Numbered from the stretch's first letter, positions 27,586-36,027 are shown. The stretch is DNA of 64,000 nucleotides from a virus (IMGVR_UViG_3300021431_000120:4744-68743); one strand, 5' to 3'. Translations and numbers: made by a program. The notes: generated from the letters alone by a model not told the origin.

Positions 27586-28362
27586 TCAGAACAGCCTCCC
27601 CGCCTTATCTTCCTCGGCCTTCTTTATGCGTTTGGAAGCGATGTTAAAGTATTCTTCATTCAGTTCTATGCCGATGAAATTCCTTCCCATGTTCACGCAA
27701 GCAACACCGGTCGAGCCAGAGCCCATAGTGTTGTCAAGAACAGTCTCGCCTTCGTTGGTGTATGTCTTGATAAGGTATTCAAGAAGCGCGACGGGCTTCT
27801 GAGTTGGATGCGATTGTCCCTCGCTGCAATGTACGGCTTTGATTTTGATTATAGACCTCGGGTGTTTCTTGTCCTCGTATGTCGGATTTATACGCTTTAC
27901 ATTCCCGTAGCACTGATTCTTCTCGTTATGATTACCGTGACCCTGCGGATGGTTTCTTTCCCTCCCATTCAAATCCTCCATCTGCGGGTTATAGGTCGGA
28001 AGACTTTTATAGAAAACGCATATATCCTCGTGATACCGAAGTGGCATCCTATTCGCGTTCAGAAAACCAGTCGCACGGCACTTGTCCCATACCAGATTAT
28101 ACCTCCACATCTTAGGATTCGACATCATCAGTCGCGCCGTAAACATTCCTTGAGCGAACAAGACTATCGCGCCGTTGTCCTTGATTATCCTGCTGTATTG
28201 TTCCCAAAGAGGCTCGAAAGGTATTATCCTATCCCATTGTGCTGACTTGTTTCCTTTATTAAGCACCTCGTATGGCAAATCGCAGAGTATCATATCGACA
28301 CTCTTGTCTGCAATCTTCTGCATCTCTACGAGGCAGTCTCCGTGGTATAGTTGAATTGCCAT
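27586..28362 (-). CDS. Site-specific DNA methyltransferase (N6/N4 family)
   Basis: LYHGDCL, CDLPY, HPTQKPVALLEYLI, and VLDNTMGSGSTG. Confidence 0.92.
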   Translation of the reverse strand: MAIQLYHGDCLVEMQKIADKSVDMILCDLPYEVLNKGNKSAQWDRIIPFEPLWEQYSRIIKDNGAIVLFAQGMFTARLMMSNPKMWRYNLVWDKCRATGFLNANRMPLRYHEDICVFYKSLPTYNPQMEDLNGRERNHPQGHGNHNEKNQCYGNVKRINPTYEDKKHPRSIIKIKAVHCSEGQSHPTQKPVALLEYLIKTYTNEGETVLDNTMGSGSTGVACVNMGRNFIGIELNEEYFNIASKRIKKAEEDKAGRLF

Positions 28363-28363
28363 A

Positions 28364-28789
28364 TCAGAATACTACTACCATTGACGGGAACGGTGCTCCC
28401 TGCTTTGAGTCGTTGAAATGAAGCCTACCACGGATGAATCGGATTTCCTTGGCCTTGTGATAGATGTAATCGTGGAAGTAAGCCGTATCTGTCCTTGCCG
28501 GGATGAGCATGACCACGACCTCGCAGTTCTTGCTTTCCTCGTAGCATTTTTTGACCCATTTGCCGATTTCTCTGCCGTAAGGAGGATTGCAAAACACTCT
28601 CGTTCCTTCCCTCCCCCATTTTTGCGTAAGACCGTCATCTTCAAGAGTATAGTGTCTCTCGCACTTAGCGTTCTCGTGCGTACAGCATGGATCAAGGTTG
28701 AAATGGAACTCCGCATCCAGCTTCTTATAGAAGTCGGTCGGAGTCGCCCACTCATTACTGTTCGATGAAAATAGTCCTTTGTTAATCAT
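28364..28789 (-). CDS. Phage N6-adenine methyltransferase (Dam-like)
   Basis: EWATP...FNLDPCC...VFCNPPYG...LIPARTDT...IRFIRGRLHF. Likely start is ATG 28789 (MINKGLFSS); the track's longer start runs into the tRNA-like element. Confidence 0.88.
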   Translation of the reverse strand: MINKGLFSSNSNEWATPTDFYKKLDAEFHFNLDPCCTHENAKCERHYTLEDDGLTQKWGREGTRVFCNPPYGREIGKWVKKCYEESKNCEVVVMLIPARTDTAYFHDYIYHKAKEIRFIRGRLHFNDSKQGAPFPSMVVVF

Positions 28790-28794
28790 ATCTG

Positions 28795-28868
28795 CGGATG
28801 GAGAAGGACTCGAACCTTCGACTTGCGGTCTCAACTCTTACCGCGCTCTACCACTGAGCTACCCATCC
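28795..28868 (-). tRNA. Atypical tRNA-like element with an enlarged, non-canonical anticodon loop (no anticodon assignable)
   Basis: GGATGGG-TA-GCTC-AGTGGTA-GAGC-GCGGT-AAGAGTTGAG-ACCGC-AAGTC-GAAGG-TTCGAGT-CCTTC-TCCATCC-G. The acceptor, D and T arms are intact; there is no encoded CCA. Confidence 0.6.
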
Positions 28869-28871
28869 AAA

Positions 28872-29023
28872 AATCGGTGCGGAGTTCCTTGGCCTCACGC
28901 TTGGCCAGTTTGCGCTTCTCGAAGCAGGCGGCTCCAAGAGGAATCCGTATGCCACATTCAACTCAATTAACCTCGACCCGCACCGATGCGCCGCCGTTAG
29001 CGCACTCATGGTCTCACGCGGCG
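28872..29023 (-). ncRNA. Putative structured RNA upstream of the tRNA-like element
   Basis: Stems CCGCCG/CGGCGG, ATCGGTGCGG/CCGCACCGAT, TTCC..TTGG/CCAAGGAA and GGCC/GGCC lie in a non-coding gap. Confidence 0.4.
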
Positions 29024-29025
29024 GA

Positions 29026-29400
29026 TTACTCTACTATAATATAAGTTTTTTCCTCGCCTTCACGTCCCGAGCGGAGCCTGTCCGTGCTCATTTCTGCTCT
29101 TCGGAATCCAGAAATAAAATCATGAACAGCGAATAATGTGTCGTCTCCTAGACCCGCCTTTTCCATAGCCTTCTTCAGATTCCCCCATGTCGGTTCAATC
29201 CTACGGTCCTCAAAAAGCGTCTTCGGCTCCTTCCAAATGTCGTAAGTGCCCTCTGAGAAAGAACGCAGAGGCACATTACTTTCCCCCCAAGGGAACACAT
29301 CAATACTACCCGGTCGAATAGCATTAACCGCAAACCTCTTACCGGCGTCCTTGCCTTCCTTTGGCGTCACGCCATACTTAAATAAATCTTCTGTATTCAT
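29026..29400 (-). CDS. Hypothetical protein
   Basis: 124-aa ORF in operon context. Confidence 0.65.
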   Translation of the reverse strand: MNTEDLFKYGVTPKEGKDAGKRFAVNAIRPGSIDVFPWGESNVPLRSFSEGTYDIWKEPKTLFEDRRIEPTWGNLKKAMEKAGLGDDTLFAVHDFISGFRRAEMSTDRLRSGREGEEKTYIIVE

Positions 29401-29675
29401 AATTCTACCATTTTAACTAAATGCCAATAATTGTCAACCCGGTCAAGTCGGCTAATCCATAACGAGCGTATGGTCTTAAATGGGAATCCGAATTTCTCTT
29501 GGCATAGTTCATCCAATTCATTATCAAATATCCCTCCCGTGTTGTTCCAGACAGCATGTACCATAATTTGGCACAATCTACCATCTTCGGTCTGATACTC
29601 ACCCGCGATTGCCGGACCGAATGCATTTGCGGGGGCCAATACCCATTCGGCAAATTTACACTTTATCTTTTGCAT
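29397..29675 (-). CDS. Hypothetical protein
   Basis: 92-aa ORF overlapping its neighbours. Confidence 0.6.
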   Translation of the reverse strand: MQKIKCKFAEWVLAPANAFGPAIAGEYQTEDGRLCQIMVHAVWNNTGGIFDNELDELCQEKFGFPFKTIRSLWISRLDRVDNYWHLVKMVEL

Positions 29676-30039
29676 TGTATATAACTAAGATGCATTTCTC
29701 TTTATCCAAGATATCCTTGCCGTGACCTTCTAGCCTTGCATAACGCAGCCATTGTTGATAAGCAATGTCCCATGTGATACCATACTTCATTTTGCATAGG
29801 AAATTACACATCTTATCACATGGGATAAGCATCACACTCTCGATCCTTACATCCGGTCCGTTAAAAAAACGAAGAATATCTCCGGCAGAGGCATCCAATA
29901 GCACGCGGGTCTTCTCATAATACATCCCATAAGGGAGTAAGACGTAACCCAACCATGGCTCCCCAGACGCCTCCTGGTATGCCTTATATTCTTTTCCTTT
30001 TACCATAACGCGAAGAAAGGTCATAAAGGGCCGAAACAA
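29656..30039 (-). CDS. Hypothetical protein
   Basis: 127-aa ORF; the true start may be slightly downstream. Confidence 0.6.
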   Translation of the reverse strand: MFRPFMTFLRVMVKGKEYKAYQEASGEPWLGYVLLPYGMYYEKTRVLLDASAGDILRFFNGPDVRIESVMLIPCDKMCNFLCKMKYGITWDIAYQQWLRYARLEGHGKDILDKEKCILVIYNAKDKV

Positions 30040-30559
30040 AACTGTCCATCATGGTCGAGCTAACGGTCTGCTTATCTTCTGGAATCTGGCTGTATTGGAA
30101 GTAGAAATCGTGCAAATAAGAGAAGTAATCCGGACGGATAAATTTCTTTATCGGGCCCTTCGGTGACCAATGTAACTTGGGAGTCGATTTGAATATCTCG
30201 ATGTTCGCTGGATTCGGGTAATCTAACCATTCCTCGATGCCTAATAGATAAAACTGCATACAATAGGGAAGCAAACACCAAGATACGTCTTTCTTTCGCA
30301 AAGCGAAGAAATACTTCTCCGCCAAGGTCATTAACTTCGCATTCCTCGCCCACCAATAGAGATTTGAACAGAAAAATTGCCAACTGGAATCCTCTTTGCC
30401 AAGGATCCCCAGAGACCACTCGTTCTTCCTCGCCTGCAAAAACTCTCGTGTGTCAAGGTCGTCTCCGTAGTCCATGGCATCAATAACGCCTCGCTTAAAG
30501 CAGACGTCAAAGAACCGCAAAATCTGCGGGGCTGTAGTCCTATTGAGTGCTGATATCAT
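29984..30559 (-). CDS. Hypothetical protein
   Basis: 191-aa aromatic-rich ORF in operon context. Confidence 0.65.
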   Translation of the reverse strand: MISALNRTTAPQILRFFDVCFKRGVIDAMDYGDDLDTREFLQARKNEWSLGILGKEDSSWQFFCSNLYWWARNAKLMTLAEKYFFALRKKDVSWCLLPYCMQFYLLGIEEWLDYPNPANIEIFKSTPKLHWSPKGPIKKFIRPDYFSYLHDFYFQYSQIPEDKQTVSSTMMDSFVSALYDLSSRYGKRKRI

Positions 30560-30747
30560 TTTACATTAAAACCCAATTGAGTAAGATACATGAGAATGTA
30601 AAAATACATCCCAATACTACATGCCGGTGTCCGCTCCACAACAACATAACCTTCATCTTCATGCAAAGACGCGAGAGCGATACCCCTCTCGTCCTTCACC
30701 CAGCAGTCATTGATATCCAGTATCTCCAAATTACTTATCTCTTGCAT
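30556..30747 (-). CDS. Hypothetical protein
   Basis: 63-aa ORF filling a gap between overlapping neighbours. Confidence 0.5.
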   Translation of the reverse strand: MQEISNLEILDINDCWVKDERGIALASLHEDEGYVVVERTPACSIGMYFYILMYLTQLGFNVK

Positions 30748-31466
30748 AACTTCCCGTTATCATCTACATACCACTCGCCCTTCTTGAACTCGGAAGGATT
30801 AATCGGAGCATCAATCATCTTGTCGATAAGAATAATACGGTCCTTCATCTCGGCAAGACTGGCAGTGTAGTCTTTGCGCTTAAAAACAAAAACCATGCCA
30901 CGCCAGGGAGCAAGAGGGTCCGCAGGCTCAAAGTCGTTAAACTCGTCGCAATAAATGTGCTTAACTATCCAAACTTCCTCGGCCTTCGGCTTTGATAGGA
31001 ATAATCCCAAAATCTGGTCTCCATGTTCATCCCACACCTTCGCTTTCTTTTCCTCTAATGGGGTGTATTCGTCTGCAAAGAACTCGATGTTGCTATTACT
31101 GACAACAGTCTTGCAGTCAATAATTATTCTCTCGTCTTCTGTGAAAGCATCCGGCGAAGCGCCAAACTTAGCCCAATCAACAGTCCAAAAAGGTATTCCA
31201 CTCTCTACCTCCTGAGAATAGATTATCGGGACATTAGGATATTGGTTACGGAACCACTCGATAACATAAGGCTCGTTTTGTGTGCCTATTTCCATCGTCC
31301 TGGAAGATACCTGCAATGGAAATCCATATCTCCTTTCAAATCTTTTTGAGCGGATTGCGGCAACGGTGCCATCTATAATCCTGCCAGACTTCGATGTTAT
31401 ATCCGACAGCATAGACGCTGTTAGATACCCACACCGTTCAAGTCTCCATTTGTGCTCTTTGTCCAT
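30735..31466 (-). CDS. YqaJ/lambda-exonuclease-like recombination nuclease
   Basis: WRLERCGYLTAS...MEIGTQNEP...GASPDAF...DCK. Confidence 0.8.
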   Translation of the reverse strand: MDKEHKWRLERCGYLTASMLSDITSKSGRIIDGTVAAIRSKRFERRYGFPLQVSSRTMEIGTQNEPYVIEWFRNQYPNVPIIYSQEVESGIPFWTVDWAKFGASPDAFTEDERIIIDCKTVVSNSNIEFFADEYTPLEEKKAKVWDEHGDQILGLFLSKPKAEEVWIVKHIYCDEFNDFEPADPLAPWRGMVFVFKRKDYTASLAEMKDRIILIDKMIDAPINPSEFKKGEWYVDDNGKLCKR

Positions 31467-31468
31467 AA

Positions 31469-32008
31469 CTATTCAGGCAAGTCCTCCAACTGGTCGATGA
31501 TAGCCTGCTTAACCGCATCAGAGGAGAAGTCGTACTTCTCGGCAATCTGAGCAATGCCGTATCCGTTCTTCTTCGCCCAATCGACAATGGTCTGAATCTG
31601 GCTCTCCTGGATGGCCTTCTTTGCGGGAGCCTCGGGCTGTTTGGCCGGTATAAGGCTGACCCTAAGTCCCCAGCATTCTCCGCCCTCTTGTGGATCTCTG
31701 GTTTTTTCCTTCGTGAGACGGATTGCCACATTGTGTAGCCTTGCGAGGTATCCCTCGCATTCAGGGAAGAGTTTGGCGAGCCTGCGGCGATTTGTACTAT
31801 TGATCACCCACGGAAGGCTCGTGTATGGGTTTTTAGCAAAATGGGCAATCCAGACACCGGCTTGCTTACGACCGTTAATCTGTTCGGACTCCTTGAACTC
31901 GATGCTCTCGATAACGATGTACTCGATGTCCTTACCGGACGGAAGTACCTCAATTCCGGCATGTGTAATATTACCGCCAGTGCGGAAGTGAATGTCGTTT
32001 TGATTCAT
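31469..32008 (-). CDS. Hypothetical protein, possible recombination/ssDNA-binding partner of the exonuclease
   Basis: Likely start is ATG 32008 (MNQNDIHF). It is adjacent to the YqaJ-like gene; the function is inferred from synteny only. Confidence 0.5.
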   Translation of the reverse strand: MNQNDIHFRTGGNITHAGIEVLPSGKDIEYIVIESIEFKESEQINGRKQAGVWIAHFAKNPYTSLPWVINSTNRRRLAKLFPECEGYLARLHNVAIRLTKEKTRDPQEGGECWGLRVSLIPAKQPEAPAKKAIQESQIQTIVDWAKKNGYGIAQIAEKYDFSSDAVKQAIIDQLEDLPE

Positions 32009-32009
32009 A

Positions 32010-32600
32010 TTATTGTTTTTTGTTGTCAACTTCAAAATTTGTGCCAGATGCATATTCCCATCGGAATCCGCCAGCTGATTTAGAGCGCCCTATGCAATTA
32101 TTAGATATTGCTCCCTGATAACACCCGACGGCCCTTGCTGCTGACGCGGTGCTTTCATGCATGCATATAAGGTTATAATTCATATCGTATTGTAGAACGG
32201 CTTTGAATCCTTTCTTATTCTTCATTCTGGTCGATGCTGCACGACACTGACGATTATTGTAGCTTTGGTTATAAGCGACAGTACACCACTCAAGATTCTC
32301 AACCCGATTATCTGTTTTAATTTCGTTTTTGTGATTGATAACTGGGTAATTGTTTGGATTCGGAATAAAGGCCATAGCTACAAGCCTATGTATGCGCCAA
32401 TATCTACGAGTCCCATTTTTGCAAAGCATTACAATATAATATCCATCCACATTTACCATGGGTTTGAGGACTCTTCCTTTCCTTGTCTGAATACCGCCGC
32501 GCACTGGAATTTTCATATCATAAGAACGGACTCTCCCAATACTGCTTACGGCATACAACCCTTCAAATCCAGGAATGTCCTTCCAAGTTCCTTCTTCCAT
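32010..32600 (-). CDS. NUMOD4-HNH-NUMOD1 homing endonuclease
   Basis: WKDIPGFEGLYAVSSIG; IHRLVAMAF...INHKNEIKTDNRVENLEWCT. Likely start is ATG 32600; the track start at 32645 lies inside the RNA leader. Confidence 0.9.
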   Translation of the reverse strand: MEEGTWKDIPGFEGLYAVSSIGRVRSYDMKIPVRGGIQTRKGRVLKPMVNVDGYYIVMLCKNGTRRYWRIHRLVAMAFIPNPNNYPVINHKNEIKTDNRVENLEWCTVAYNQSYNNRQCRAASTRMKNKKGFKAVLQYDMNYNLICMHESTASAARAVGCYQGAISNNCIGRSKSAGGFRWEYASGTNFEVDNKKQ

Positions 32601-32614
32601 TTTTGTAAAAGTAG

Positions 32615-32696
32615 TGCCCGAACTTTCAGAGAATGGGTCGAGCATCCGCCTACTTATCCGGGCATCCTATATATCTTCCGCTATCTCGACCATAGC
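32615..32696 (-). ncRNA. Kissing-loop/loop-E structured leader, copy C
   Basis: Hairpin 1 GCTAT-GGTCGAG-ATAGC. Hairpin 2 TGCCCGGA-TA-AGTA-GGCGGATG-CTCGACC-CATTCTCT-GAA-AG-TTCGGGCA. Promoter TATCTTTG at 32709-32702. Confidence 0.75.
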
Positions 32697-32735
32697 AAGA
32701 GCAAAGATAGCAAATTATTCGGAATTATGCAAGTC

Positions 32736-33221
32736 TCATGCCTCCTTCTCTGGCAATTCCCGTGCCACCGACTTCTTGAAACGTCCGTTCGCATCTCTCT
32801 CAAGCTTCCTTCTCTCTTTGGGGCTCTTCTCTACGTAATCCTGGACCTTCTTCACTTCCTCGACAGCAACCTTCTCTTCGGTTTCGTCCTCGACAACTTC
32901 GCCTTTGGCTTTCTTCTCCAGCCTCTTGCTGTACTTCTGGACGGCTCTCTGGATATCATCCACGAATCCTTGATCGGTAGTGAGCATCTTGCCGATTTCA
33001 TACATGGTGAGAGCAAATCCATGCATATTCTCGTCGTCATTCCCCGCCAAGAGATACCCATAGGGGTGCTCGTCCGCCACAAAACGGCATTTAAAGTTAC
33101 CACTCACTGTCGAGATGTCCAGCCAAAAACGCCTGAACTTCCAACGGAAACCTCCGACTTCACCCTTGCGAATAACTGGGTTTTTTACCGTGAACCACCA
33201 CCATTTGAGGAACTTCTTCAT
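32736..33221 (-). CDS. Hypothetical protein
   Basis: 161-aa ORF in operon context. Confidence 0.7.
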   Translation of the reverse strand: MKKFLKWWWFTVKNPVIRKGEVGGFRWKFRRFWLDISTVSGNFKCRFVADEHPYGYLLAGNDDENMHGFALTMYEIGKMLTTDQGFVDDIQRAVQKYSKRLEKKAKGEVVEDETEEKVAVEEVKKVQDYVEKSPKERRKLERDANGRFKKSVARELPEKEA

Positions 33222-33601
33222 AACATTTTTATTTTTTGTTGAAAACTATCCCAAATCTTCGTTTCGCGAGGGTACATCCTCGGATATTTCAGCATATTTC
33301 CTATCGCAGCCAACCCGTGCAAGACTGTCGTGTGATGCAACCCCAAAGCGCGACCGATAGACCCTAGTGAGTACCCTTCGAGCCGCATCTGATACGCAAT
33401 CATATACCTTCCCCACACAAAAATAGGCTTTTTTGTCCTAATAAGCACATTTTTCCCTAAAATTTCCGCGAAAATATCCACATAATACTCCGCTACCGAG
33501 CTGGCATCGGGCTTGAATTCAATCGGATACTTCTCGCATCCTCCCCGGAACGAGCAGAACTCGCAGTGACGATCCGCTTCTTTTACTGACCAGATACACA
33601 T
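33218..33601 (-). CDS. DnaA domain IV-like helix-turn-helix protein
   Basis: GRYMIAYQMR...SLGSIGRALGLHHTTVLHG resembles the DnaA C-terminal signature (SL..IG..FG.RDHTTV.HA). Confidence 0.6.
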   Translation of the reverse strand: MCIWSVKEADRHCEFCSFRGGCEKYPIEFKPDASSVAEYYVDIFAEILGKNVLIRTKKPIFVWGRYMIAYQMRLEGYSLGSIGRALGLHHTTVLHGLAAIGNMLKYPRMYPRETKIWDSFQQKIKML

Positions 33602-34518
33602 AACTTTCTCTCTATAAGGTCACCTATATCCGCATGGTCCGGCACGACCTCTCCCTCCGGCCATTTCTGCCACCATTCCCATACCGGCCCTCTCTCTTCC
33701 CATTCCATCCTGGCATCCATGTCCGGAACCAGCATCATATTCGGCTCTATCTCCCGTAAATTTCCCTTTCCACCAGTCGCAAGAAACCGACGTCCCCCGT
33801 AATATAACGATGCAAGTATCGCAGACTTCTCAGACTCGACGATGAAGGCTTTATGACCGTCGTCAGGCACGCAGGCTCCAAAATAGCATCTCCCAGAGTA
33901 TCCGTCGGCGACACGGAACTGTCTTCCCGGAAAAAAACTCTTATCCCTGTGCCCGTCTTCCCTATAACATATCCTTTTGTCATATAATATCTTACCATTT
34001 TGATTAACATACCAGAACACGGCGTTCCCATGCGAATCCGTCGTCACATTATACTCATTCCAAACCTCTCTCACCCGATCTTCCGGGAACAACTTACACA
34101 TCCAACGGAACAAAGGACAGCCCTCCAACGGGTATTGCCTCGCTCCTTCCAATACGTCCGGTGAAACGAATTGCTCTTTCACGGCTGCCTTCTCTCGAAA
34201 CTCACGGTTCCATTCTATCGCCTGAGGCTGGCCCTTGATTATCCGCAATGCATCCTTAAAGTCGCTCGCTCCTCCAAATTCTATCAGCCATTGAGGCAAA
34301 GATATGCAGCGATCACCTTCTTCCTTAACCCAGATACTCCCTCTACCGATAAACACCTTCAACTTATCTCTCCGATAAGCGTGCTTATCCCCGTTGAGAT
34401 AATAGCCGCCTTGCCACTCCTGCCCGTGTTTGGTCAACTCCATCCCGAGTAATGTCGGGATGTTCTGCATCGTCGTGACCGGGTCATATAGACCCCTGTA
34501 TTTATCTTCCTTACTCAT
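33583..34518 (-). CDS. Primase-like (TOPRIM-like) protein
   Basis: VFWY...KRICY...FIVESEKSAILAS...ATGG...PDMD, next to an SF3 helicase. Confidence 0.65.
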   Translation of the reverse strand: MSKEDKYRGLYDPVTTMQNIPTLLGMELTKHGQEWQGGYYLNGDKHAYRRDKLKVFIGRGSIWVKEEGDRCISLPQWLIEFGGASDFKDALRIIKGQPQAIEWNREFREKAAVKEQFVSPDVLEGARQYPLEGCPLFRWMCKLFPEDRVREVWNEYNVTTDSHGNAVFWYVNQNGKILYDKRICYREDGHRDKSFFPGRQFRVADGYSGRCYFGACVPDDGHKAFIVESEKSAILASLYYGGRRFLATGGKGNLREIEPNMMLVPDMDARMEWEERGPVWEWWQKWPEGEVVPDHADIGDLIERKLCVSGQ

Positions 34519-34521
34519 AGA

Positions 34522-36027
34522 CTAAAAAGGCAAATCGCTTTCTTCCGGCATTTTCTCCGCCAGAACATCAATCTTTGAAAGCGGAGAGTCCCTTAAAACA
34601 TCCTGCTCTTGGTCTTCCTCCTCAGGAAGCACCTCCAAGTAATACCAGATGCCACCGGCACGACGCTTCTTCAACACTCCCTTCTTGCTGAACATCTCGG
34701 TAAGAGACGATACCGACTTCGGAGGCTCATTCAACTCCTTACAATAAGACAGATAGTCCTGCACCCATTCCTGGTAGGATTTCCAACCCGGGGCATTGCG
34801 ATCTCCGGGGTCATCCGCCACCTTATACCGGCGGAAGGCAAACCATCTCGTCATAGAGTTCGCGTTCTCCTTCATCTCGTCAACCAGATCCTTGACACTG
34901 GATGCGACCTCTATCTTGCCTCCGTTCTTGACAAATGTCTTGTAACCCTCGTACATCCAATTGAAAATGGCGGCTCTCACATCATCAGCCTGCAGCTTCT
35001 TCTCCAATGTGACGTCCTTATCCCTGTCATCAATCCTATTTGGAGCGAGAATTATCAAGAATCTGCGGAAATATCCGTCCGTATCATCGGTGGTCGGCGG
35101 CATACCGTTGGCACAACATAGCATAAGAGGCACTTTGGTCACTTTCGTCGGCCTTCTGGAGTACGGATGCCTGCCGGTGAACTCCCCTCCGGACACAAAC
35201 GCCTTGAAATCGCCACCGGAGAAGTCTTTCTTGCTCACATCGTCGCAATAATTCACAATCTTGCCGTTCACGTCCGCTAAGTGGTATTCCGCCTGGTTTC
35301 CGCCCTTAAAAAGCTGTTCCGGACTGTAGGAAGAGGCTACATTATGCCCCAACATATTGATAACAGCCTTGCAAATGATACTCTTGCCGTTCTGGCCCTC
35401 ACCAACGACGAAACAGATGTACTCAATCTTGTACTCAGAGCGCTTGGCAAGAAAACAACCGCAATACTGATGGAAAGTTTCCCTCATATTCACGTCCGGG
35501 ACGGTCTGGGCGAGCACCTTGTCCCATAATGCCGACTTAGCATCAGCCACATAGTTGAAATCCAAGATAATATCAGTCTTGTACTTCACATCAAAAGGCT
35601 CCAGACGCCCGGTTTCGCAATCAAAAATGCCGTTCTTGAAGCATACGTACCTTCGGTCAGCCTCAAAACGGCATCTCTCGTCCGCTTTTAACTTATTTAC
35701 GCAGAAATCCTTGATCCGGACAGCCGAATTCGCCAGATAAACCACACCTACGTTCATCCTCTGCATCGTCTCCAAGATAATCTCGGACAACATCTCTTCC
35801 TTCGTCAGCTCATAATACTGCCCGTTGAACACGAAAAGCTGGTCATCCTCGTCCATCTTGAAGAAATCGCAGCCCTTATCCCCGTCTACACCGCAGACAT
35901 ACCTACGGAAAGCCAGGCACATCGCCCCCTCCGTCGATTTATTGATGCTTTGGTCCGACGCCCCTGCTCCGTCAATAGACGGACCGGCAGTCGAACATAG
36001 ATAATCTATGATGTAATCGTATTTCAC
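34522..36027 (-). CDS. D5/P4-type SF3 helicase (phage-plasmid primase family)
   Basis: FKNGIFD, Walker A GEGQNGKS, NYCDD, ANGMP and DTDGYFRR. Start codon is GTG. Confidence 0.88.
   Translation of the reverse strand: MKYDYIIDYLCSTAGPSIDGAGASDQSINKSTEGAMCLAFRRYVCGVDGDKGCDFFKMDEDDQLFVFNGQYYELTKEEMLSEIILETMQRMNVGVVYLANSAVRIKDFCVNKLKADERCRFEADRRYVCFKNGIFDCETGRLEPFDVKYKTDIILDFNYVADAKSALWDKVLAQTVPDVNMRETFHQYCGCFLAKRSEYKIEYICFVVGEGQNGKSIICKAVINMLGHNVASSYSPEQLFKGGNQAEYHLADVNGKIVNYCDDVSKKDFSGGDFKAFVSGGEFTGRHPYSRRPTKVTKVPLMLCCANGMPPTTDDTDGYFRRFLIILAPNRIDDRDKDVTLEKKLQADDVRAAIFNWMYEGYKTFVKNGGKIEVASSVKDLVDEMKENANSMTRWFAFRRYKVADDPGDRNAPGWKSYQEWVQDYLSYCKELNEPPKSVSSLTEMFSKKGVLKKRRAGGIWYYLEVLPEEEDQEQDVLRDSPLSKIDVLAEKMPEESDLPF

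Noticed and set aside
28872-29023. Known self-cleaving ribozymes in the structured gaps (also 36330-36418)
   Set aside because: I found no hammerhead CUGANGA/GAAA core, twister GGU..AAG.CC loop, or complete pistol or HDV/theta topology. Partial matches (CTAA, TAAATAG) lacked the required partner helices.
20135-32600. Endonucleases as group I intron-encoded or intein elements
   Set aside because: The flanking genes (terL, helicase and neighbours) look complete on each side and have no intein signatures. The nucleases are free-standing with their own promoters.
32601-32645. N-terminal extensions called by the ORF track (also 28790-28834, 13508-13567, 37212-37382, 52688-52768)
   Set aside because: They run through RNA elements or upstream genes. 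Downstream ATGs fit the domain starts and operon packing better.
32265-33242. 325-aa plus-strand ORF, and 36377-37168 (263 aa)
   Set aside because: These are antisense shadows of real minus-strand genes, with atypical, low-complexity composition.
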